Of a stretch of 64,000 bases of DNA, positions 57,392 to 64,000 are shown in pieces. Origin of the DNA: Pseudomonadota bacterium (GTDB lineage: Bacteria > Bdellovibrionota > Bdellovibrionia > Bdellovibrionales > SG-bin7); the NCBI GenBank assembly GCA_034439715.1, contig JAWXAY010000070.1, positions 15,581 to 79,580 on the forward strand, read 5' to 3'. How positions within the stretch are numbered: the stretch's first letter is position 1; the number at the start of each line of letters is the position of its first letter. The notes under the pieces were generated by a model that worked only from the letters and a program-made list of their open reading frames with translations, was not told the origin of the DNA and did no database searches. The position numbers and the translations under genes are program-made.

Positions 57392-59371
57392 ATGGATACC
57401 AACTGCAAAAAATGTGGAGCTGAGGTTAAGACTTATCTCCAAAACCATGATTTACCGCTTTGTTTTGCTTGTGTGACCAAACGTTCAGGTCGCTCGAGTC
57501 GTATGCGTAGGTTAATGAGTGTAGAAACGGTTGATGTTGGCCCTGGTGGCAGTTGTATTTTCTGTCGGCAAACTTTTGAAAATAATCGAATTGGAATATT
57601 TCTGTCTGATGGTAAGGTCTGTGAGGGCTGTGCGCTTGAGGTTCAACAACACTCAGGAAAGTCATTCGCAAAAATCTTAGAAAGTCTTCCTAAAGAATGG
57701 CTTGTGAAATCTTCTGGCCGTGTGTTTGGCCCCTTTAGTCAAAAAGAAGTCGATGATCGGCTGATGGACAGGGTCATAGTTCCTCTGGATGAAGTGGGTC
57801 GGCCTTTCGAGCGTTGGAAATATATCCGTGACGAGGTTATTTTTTCGAAAACAGTTGATACTCTGAGGATTAGCGGAGCGGGTGCCAGAGAAGACACGTC
57901 GACAAACACAATACTTGAACAAACTGAGACTAGCTCGATGACGCCCTTTGAAGAAGGCACAGCGATGATGGACATTACGTCACGGGTGCAACAGGTGGAC
58001 CGGCCCGATGCCGACCAAAAATCTTTTGGCTTGATTGAAGTAGCTAGTCCCGCCACAAAACAGACTTTAAGCTCTGGATTTCACTTTAACTGGTACTATC
58101 CTCTTCTGGCGTTGGTGATTGTAGCGTTTTTATGGGTCTACATATTAAACAAAAATAAAATGCGAAACTCGTTCGAAGAATCCTATAGAAGTGGGCTAGA
58201 GGCGGCAGAAATAGGTGACTATCCACTAGCGTTAAATCATTTTACGAAGGCAAATTCTATGAGGCCTCAAGATGTTGAAGTTCGCTTGCAGTTGGCACCG
58301 CTCTTGATAGTTTACGAGCAAGAATATGTGAAAGCTGTGCGGTTGTTAGAGGGAATAGTTGAGTCAGAGCGAGGAGATGAATACCGATTAGAAACCTACG
58401 ATATTTTGGGATTGGCATCGATTTACCAAGAACAGGCAACCAAAGCTGCAGAATATTTTGATTTAGCACTGATGTCGGATAAGAGTTACTCTCCCGCACT
58501 TATCAACAAGGCGATTCTGAAAATTAACGACAAGAAATATCAAGAAGCGATTGAAATATTAAAAGACGAAAATTCTTATCGCTCTTATGGGGCATTGAGA
58601 TCATTACTGTTAGGAATTGCCACAATTCAAGAGGGCCTTAAGTCCGTTGATCTTAACTATTTTAAGAGAGCGCAGGTTGTTATTAAGCAACATCTCGCAA
58701 ACAGTGACGAGTATCGCCAAGAGGCCCTGTTATTAAATGCCTATATTCAGAGTCGGTTAAAATCTAAAGAGATGGGAATTTATGAACTGTTAGATTTTGA
58801 TCCCGAACAAAGTTCACAGTACTTGACCGATTTACTCACTTTCCGCCAGCCAGTCGAGTGGGCGGCACTATTTTCTTATTGCAAAGAAATTTTTGAGACG
58901 ACCGAAAAAACCACAGAGTCCACTGCGCTAATGGGCTACTGCCACATGAAAATCAATCAAATGGAAGACGCAAAAAAATATTTTGAAGTGGCGCTCTCCC
59001 GCGATCCCAACGATAGTCTCGTGGGTGCATTGCGAGGCTATTTTTTGTTGACCCGCGGTCGTGCAGATGAGGCTAAAGAAGAGATCAATTTGGCAATTCG
59101 AAATCAGTCTTCTTTTAAATTGCCCTATCTCTTAAAGGCACGCTATTGTTATCAGACGTCCGAGTATCAGTGCGCCAAAGAACACTGGCAGAATTTAGCC
59201 AAAAAATATCCCAATGATGTTTCAGTCTTGGCGGGGCTATCACAAACTCTTCTCACAATGGGTAACAAGAAAGAAGCCAGAGTTTGGCTTGAAAAAGGTT
59301 TGAAAAGAACGCGAAGTCATCGGCAATTACTTAGACTTGCGCGGGAGTTAAAGTATGCAGAACGTCAATAA
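57392..59371 (+). CDS. Zinc-finger, GYF-like, TM, TPR protein
   Basis: Four CxxC pairs; WLVKSSGRVFGPFS GYF_2-like motif; single TM helix; multiple TPR-like repeats. Confidence 0.72.
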   Translation: MDTNCKKCGAEVKTYLQNHDLPLCFACVTKRSGRSSRMRRLMSVETVDVGPGGSCIFCRQTFENNRIGIFLSDGKVCEGCALEVQQHSGKSFAKILESLPKEWLVKSSGRVFGPFSQKEVDDRLMDRVIVPLDEVGRPFERWKYIRDEVIFSKTVDTLRISGAGAREDTSTNTILEQTETSSMTPFEEGTAMMDITSRVQQVDRPDADQKSFGLIEVASPATKQTLSSGFHFNWYYPLLALVIVAFLWVYILNKNKMRNSFEESYRSGLEAAEIGDYPLALNHFTKANSMRPQDVEVRLQLAPLLIVYEQEYVKAVRLLEGIVESERGDEYRLETYDILGLASIYQEQATKAAEYFDLALMSDKSYSPALINKAILKINDKKYQEAIEILKDENSYRSYGALRSLLLGIATIQEGLKSVDLNYFKRAQVVIKQHLANSDEYRQEALLLNAYIQSRLKSKEMGIYELLDFDPEQSSQYLTDLLTFRQPVEWAALFSYCKEIFETTEKTTESTALMGYCHMKINQMEDAKKYFEVALSRDPNDSLVGALRGYFLLTRGRADEAKEEINLAIRNQSSFKLPYLLKARYCYQTSEYQCAKEHWQNLAKKYPNDVSVLAGLSQTLLTMGNKKEARVWLEKGLKRTRSHRQLLRLARELKYAERQ

Positions 59372-60053
59372 ATTGCTGATACTCGCGCTTACGAGCACAT
59401 TAGCTTGCAGTGAGAATACTGGCGACACTCAGTTTGAGCGCAAGGATAACTTTGAGAAGGTTTCTATAGGTCAGGGAAATCATGAAACAATGATCCCGAG
59501 TGAACTTTGGGATCGGCTAGAAAAATTTTATACTGATTCTGGTTTAACCCTCGAAGATAAAATTGCGGAGCGTGGGTCAAAACAAAAAAAAATTGAAGTG
59601 CCCGTTTTATTTATGCCTCTAAAAGTATTTCTATCAGAAAAAACAAGTGGCACCTTGGGTGGGCAAAATTATCAGATAGGTTTTGAGCAAGGCGGCGGTA
59701 CATTAGACCTAAAAAACTTTGTAAAAAAAAATTATCGATCATTTTATCTGGCGGTCGAACTGGGTGAGAATACTGAAAGCGGAAGTTTAAAAATATTCTT
59801 TGTCAGCAATGCCAAAGAGGCACCAATCGGTAAAGAGATCTATGGGTCTGGCTGTGGGAAGTACATGGATATTACAAGCTTTTACAATAAAGTAATATCT
59901 AAGGTTGGAGTCGAGCTTAGCGCGGCCGGCAACCGTTATGTCCATGTTGTAACAGGAACCTACATTTTTGCCTTGATTAAAAATTCCAGTCTTTATTTGT
60001 CCCAAGTTACAGTTCTAGATTCGCGATTTAAAAAGTCGATGTGCCGTTTTTAA
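59355..60053 (+). CDS. Lipoprotein of unknown function
   Basis: Lipobox TLA-C; overlaps the TPR gene end. Confidence 0.65.
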   Translation: MQNVNKLLILALTSTLACSENTGDTQFERKDNFEKVSIGQGNHETMIPSELWDRLEKFYTDSGLTLEDKIAERGSKQKKIEVPVLFMPLKVFLSEKTSGTLGGQNYQIGFEQGGGTLDLKNFVKKNYRSFYLAVELGENTESGSLKIFFVSNAKEAPIGKEIYGSGCGKYMDITSFYNKVISKVGVELSAAGNRYVHVVTGTYIFALIKNSSLYLSQVTVLDSRFKKSMCRF

Positions 60054-61156
60054 GTTGATAACTCTTTGATTTTATTCTTAAGCGTTTCCTCAGGAACCTT
60101 ATCTTTTTCGAGAGTCCGGCAAAAATCCATTAATTTTTGGAAGTCATGTCCCATAGCTCGAAACAAGAGTTCAAAACTGTTGAGATCATTGAAGTAAGTC
60201 TTGTAAGTTAAAAGGACGGCATTGTTTAATGGCAAACTCGCAAATTTCTTGTAATTTTCACTTCTGAGTTTTGGCATTACCGATACTTCAAATCTCTGAG
60301 CTAACTCACCTAATCGTTTTGTTTTAATTTCGGGTGAAATCACGACTACGTCTCTATACCAATCTCCTAACGCCGCAAGCTCCACTTTGATAAACTGGGC
60401 AAAAACCGAGTCATCTTGGTTCTCACTTTTTATTTTCTCAAGTACTTTTGAGTTTTGGCCTTCTTTTTTAAGATAAAATAATTCGGTACCTTTGTTTCCC
60501 AAAAAGGTTGCCAGTTGTTCATTGAAATCTGCCTGGCTAGAAATGTAAATCGTTGCGTGTACCGACTCATGAATCACAACATTGACTAGGTCATGGTCAT
60601 CATAGGCTAACATACTTGAGAGTAGTGGGTCATTAAACCATCCCAGAGTGCTATAGGCAGAGACGCCGCGCAGGTAGGTATCCAGACCCTGTGACTTGAG
60701 AACTTCTTGCTCTTTAATGGCTTCATTTTTTGTAAAATAACCTTTATAGGGGAGGCTTCCAACAATTGGAAAGTGCCAGAGATGTGGCTTGAGTTCGTAA
60801 GCTTGGGCGGCACTGACCGCGTAGGTAACATAACGATCTTTCAGAGATACATAAGTTTCATAATTCTTGGTTTGCTTGAGTCCTAAGTGTTTCTCAGCAA
60901 AATCTTTTGCTTCTTTAGCCAATAGTAATTTTCTTTTTGTTTCGGCATTTGTGTTGGGGTCAGAAATTACTTTATCTATTGCTACTCTTCGCCATAACAA
61001 GTCGGCTTGGTAGTAACCATTCTTGATAATGTAACCCATTTGGCAGCCCGAGGACAAAAAACCAAGAGTTAGAAGAATTGTAAAGTGACAAAAAAAAGCA
61101 AGTTTACTTGCTTGCTTAGAATAGCCAAGATAGACCGGCGCGCCCTGCATAGTCAT
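60050..61156 (-). CDS. Putative zinc aminopeptidase lipoprotein (start uncertain)
   Basis: SSG-C lipobox, FPIVGSLPYKGYF, AYSTLGWFNDP, HESVH, FNEQLATF. Confidence 0.82.
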   Translation of the reverse strand: MTMQGAPVYLGYSKQASKLAFFCHFTILLTLGFLSSGCQMGYIIKNGYYQADLLWRRVAIDKVISDPNTNAETKRKLLLAKEAKDFAEKHLGLKQTKNYETYVSLKDRYVTYAVSAAQAYELKPHLWHFPIVGSLPYKGYFTKNEAIKEQEVLKSQGLDTYLRGVSAYSTLGWFNDPLLSSMLAYDDHDLVNVVIHESVHATIYISSQADFNEQLATFLGNKGTELFYLKKEGQNSKVLEKIKSENQDDSVFAQFIKVELAALGDWYRDVVVISPEIKTKRLGELAQRFEVSVMPKLRSENYKKFASLPLNNAVLLTYKTYFNDLNSFELLFRAMGHDFQKLMDFCRTLEKDKVPEETLKNKIKELST

Positions 61157-61682
61157 ACGTTACCTTGTCTTGCGCAAGGGGGGTAGTCCAAGATTCTGCG
61201 CCTAATTTTATGCTGAGAGTATCTGTGAGAGCTATTTTTAGGCCAATGCCCGCACTGGGAGCCATACCATCAGCGTAGGGATGTTCAAAGGCTTCAAATC
61301 CACCATTCTGTTCGATAATCTTTTTGTGAATGTGGACGACGCCGACTTTAATGTAGGGCCTAAAGGGTGCGGTCTTATCAGCAAATGAAAGCACAAAGTC
61401 GGCACCAATGAGCCGCGACTCGCTTTGAATATTAGTATAAGTTGCGGTGTTACCTAAAATTCCTACGTTAGTGGTTTTGAGACCGCTCGTATATGAAACT
61501 TCAAAGGCCGACTGTTGCCAAAAGTAATAACTGATTGAGGCTGTCGCGTCTTTGGCTTCCTCATAATTTATTTCGTCGACGGTGTGCTTGACGTAAGAAC
61601 CCGAAGCGCTAACCTCAAAAAAACCCGCAAATCCGGGAGACGAAATCAGAAAAATTGAAAACACTAGCAGCGAAGATCTCAT
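61116..61682 (-). CDS. Small outer-membrane beta-barrel protein
   Basis: Signal peptide, FRPYIKVG strand, C-terminal AGLSWLF. Confidence 0.75.
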   Translation of the reverse strand: MRSSLLVFSIFLISSPGFAGFFEVSASGSYVKHTVDEINYEEAKDATASISYYFWQQSAFEVSYTSGLKTTNVGILGNTATYTNIQSESRLIGADFVLSFADKTAPFRPYIKVGVVHIHKKIIEQNGGFEAFEHPYADGMAPSAGIGLKIALTDTLSIKLGAESWTTPLAQDKVTYDYAGRAGLSWLF

Positions 61683-61741
61683 TCTATAAGACTATCAGAA
61701 GAGCATTCAAAGGGGTACCAAGCCCCGACCTTAGTCTGAGT

Positions 61742-62554
61742 TTAACGATACAAAGGATAGCTCGGATTCCAGCGTACCTGAAAAGCGTAATCGAGATAGA
61801 TTTTGCCATCTTGCTCAATCATTTCAGTAGGTGGATTGGGGAAGGGAGAGCCTTGTTTAAACGCTAAAATCGCAGCCTTATCAAATGCAGGCAGCCCAGA
61901 CTCACGCATTACCGAACCATTTAAAAAATTTCCTTGAGCGTCTAAGATGACCTCAATTTGAGTATTCCACTCCTCTTGATTGCGATTGCGAATTCGCAGG
62001 CCTTGAACATTGCCGATGATATTTTCGATTTGAGAAATCCAGCGAAATCTAATCTGATTCTTGACCCGAGCAAAAAAAGTATAATAGAGATTGGCATCAG
62101 TATTCAGAACCGTAAAATCTCCTAGACGAAATTGCTCTGGAATCGCATCGTCAGAGGCGGAAAGCCCTGGTGACCATTCGGGGCCGTGGTTTTTTTTGCG
62201 CTGACCAAATCCCTCATCATCAGGTCTTGGTTTTTTATTAGATTCTGATTTTGCTTTATTACTTAAATTAATTGTTGGCGCATTTAGACGTGCGCGAGTT
62301 TGTTCCGTCACTCGCAATGTTTTTTCTGATAGGAATTCGGCTTCCTTCTCAGGAGTTTTTACATCGAGAAGTTTATCGAGGGGAACTTCGGTTTGTTCGA
62401 TCATTTGTTTGCGAGGTTTTTCTTGAGAGTTCCGGTATTCAATTTCAACGGGAATTGGCAGTTCTTCAGAATGTCTCATATTGAGACGACCTAAGACAAA
62501 AGTCAGCACGACGTGAATAATAAGACTTAAGGTAAATGCCTGAAATGACGTCAT
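61742..62554 (-). CDS. TonB/TolA-like energy transducer
   Basis: N-terminal TM with SLIIH (SxxxH), charged linker, C-terminal ESGLPAFDKAAILAF..SPFPNPP. Confidence 0.85.
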   Translation of the reverse strand: MTSFQAFTLSLIIHVVLTFVLGRLNMRHSEELPIPVEIEYRNSQEKPRKQMIEQTEVPLDKLLDVKTPEKEAEFLSEKTLRVTEQTRARLNAPTINLSNKAKSESNKKPRPDDEGFGQRKKNHGPEWSPGLSASDDAIPEQFRLGDFTVLNTDANLYYTFFARVKNQIRFRWISQIENIIGNVQGLRIRNRNQEEWNTQIEVILDAQGNFLNGSVMRESGLPAFDKAAILAFKQGSPFPNPPTEMIEQDGKIYLDYAFQVRWNPSYPLYR

Positions 62555-62602
62555 TTCTCACCCATAATAGTGTCAATTTAGACCTTTGTCCATGCTGCGG
62601 TC

Positions 62603-62629
62603 TAAAGTTGAGACGAATTCAGCCGATAA
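62603..62629 (+). promoter_or_regulatory. Consensus sigma-28 (FliA) promoter
   Basis: TAAA (62603-62606), N15, GCCGATAA (62622-62629): exact consensus. Confidence 0.85.
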
Positions 62630-62649
62630 GTAAATCTATAGGGGGAATT

Positions 62650-63192
62650 ATGGCCGGAGAATTTTCAAACAAAGTCATTAATTTTCAATCGCTTAAGGCC
62701 AAAAAGCAAACTCATAAAGTTGCGAAACGCGCGGTTGGTGCTGAGCAAGTGCCTATCACGGATATCACCCACAAGCGCCAACAAATGATTGCTGAAGAAC
62801 GCCGTAATGTTCGGCGAACTATTTTGACAGAATTCGTAGGCGCTTTTGTTATTATTCCCCAAAGAGGTTTGGCGCGGGTTTCCCTTTACGACATTTCTGA
62901 TACGGGAGTGTCTTTCGATATTGATAGCAACTCAGGGCAACTCATGATTGGCGATGAAATTGCCATGCGTGTTTATCTTAATAATAAGACTTATTTTCCG
63001 TTTGCCATTAAGGTAAATCATGTTCGCAATATGAACGAACACATGTGTTATCGTCATGGCGCTAGTTTTGTTAAGGGCACAATCAATGATGTTGCCTTAC
63101 ATCATTTCGTAAAGTTTATCGAGTCGGTAAGCTCCTGCTTAGAAACAGATCATGGCGACATCATGATATCAAGTCATAACCCCAAAGCCTAA
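62650..63192 (+). CDS. PilZ domain protein
   Basis: ERRNVRR (RxxxR) and DISDTG (DxSxxG); AGGGGG RBS before ATG 62650. Confidence 0.85.
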   Translation: MAGEFSNKVINFQSLKAKKQTHKVAKRAVGAEQVPITDITHKRQQMIAEERRNVRRTILTEFVGAFVIIPQRGLARVSLYDISDTGVSFDIDSNSGQLMIGDEIAMRVYLNNKTYFPFAIKVNHVRNMNEHMCYRHGASFVKGTINDVALHHFVKFIESVSSCLETDHGDIMISSHNPKA

Positions 63193-63286
63193 AGTTTTAA
63201 TAGACTTAGCCTTCACATTGGTCGAGAATTATTGAGAGGGAATTTTTGAAATTCACCTCAAGTACTCTTTTCCTAGGAGTGGAGAT

Positions 63287-64000
63287 TTGGCTAAATCTGA
63301 AAGAATATCTGAAAAATCAGAAAAAATAATCGTCGTAGATACCAATGTCATTTTGTTCGACGCCCAAGCTATTTTTAAATTCAAAGACGCCTCTGTACAT
63401 ATTCCTATATCGGTGCTTGAAGAAATCGATCGCTTCAAACGAGACATGGGTGAAAACGGCAGAAACGCGCGTCAGTTTAGTCGATATGTTGATGAATTAA
63501 GAGGTAAAGGTCCACTTGCCAAGGGCGTTCCCGTAAATGGCAAAAGTAATTCGCGGATTGTTATTCAGGCCGGCTGGAATCAATCTCTTCTACCTAAAGA
63601 ACTCGACATGGAAGTTGTCGATAATCGTATTCTTGGCGTGGCGCTCTGTCTGCAAATCGAAAATAAATCAGCATCTGTTGAATTAATTTCTAAAGATATT
63701 AACTTAAGAATTCGTGCTGATGTGTTTGGCGTAAAGGCAAGAGACTATGAGCCCGATGATGTGGTTTTTGAAGAAATGTATTCCGGGTATAAAGAGCTTG
63801 ATGTTGGCTCTAAAGAAATTGACCAATACTACCAAGAAAAATTTTTTGCGGTAGATGAAGAAATGAAACTTTATGCTAATCAGTATGTGATATTAAAAGA
63901 TAAAGCGAATCCAAACCATTCGGCTATTGGCCGGCACAATGCCGTAAAAAAGGAACTTGTCCCGCTCCTCACAGCTTCTGAAAATACAAACATTTGGGGA
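63287..64000 (+). CDS. PIN-PhoH family protein (partial, runs off the right edge; not in the ORF track)
   Basis: Manual translation from TTG 63287 after AGGAG: VVDTNVIL, IPISVLEEIDRFK, GRNARQ, DNRIL, SKDINLRIRA, YSG. Confidence 0.88.
   Translation, partial: MAKSERISEKSEKIIVVDTNVILFDAQAIFKFKDASVHIPISVLEEIDRFKRDMGENGRNARQFSRYVDELRGKGPLAKGVPVNGKSNSRIVIQAGWNQSLLPKELDMEVVDNRILGVALCLQIENKSASVELISKDINLRIRADVFGVKARDYEPDDVVFEEMYSGYKELDVGSKEIDQYYQEKFFAVDEEMKLYANQYVILKDKANPNHSAIGRHNAVKKELVPLLTASENTNIWG

Noticed and set aside
1..64000. rRNA, tRNA, riboswitch, prophage or IS elements
   Set aside because: None recognised by eye; intergenic gaps are short except 33262-33774. An Infernal/tRNAscan run would be needed to exclude small RNAs

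Overview
Chromosomal segment of a flagellated diderm bacterium. Gene content and protein style point to Bdellovibrionota (inference, not a database result). The window is mostly core genome: the end of the division cluster (ddl-ftsQ-ftsA-ftsZ), lpxH, recN, nadK, an M3 peptidase, fadD, coaE, addB-addA, nadB, alr, mlaEFD, purH and a partial PIN-PhoH gene. The less ordinary blocks are: (1) a 10.7 kb chemosensory operon behind a sigma-28-type promoter, with an HPt-less CheA, a separate HPt-CheW protein, a REC-CheA, and a CheD-REC-CheB fusion whose esterase catalytic residues are lost, next to an intact CheB; (2) three paralogous TraF/PorV/FadL-like outer-membrane barrels interleaved with two Cys-rich lipoproteins and interrupted by a free-standing HNH nuclease gene and an 18-bp tandem repeat; (3) a coupled pseudo-histidine-kinase and degenerate GGDEF pair; (4) an MlaD with an apparent C-terminal barrel. 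Several sigma-28 (FliA) promoter matches and apparently leaderless genes are visible. I could not identify any rRNA, tRNA, CRISPR array, integrase or transposase. All calls are by eye from motifs.
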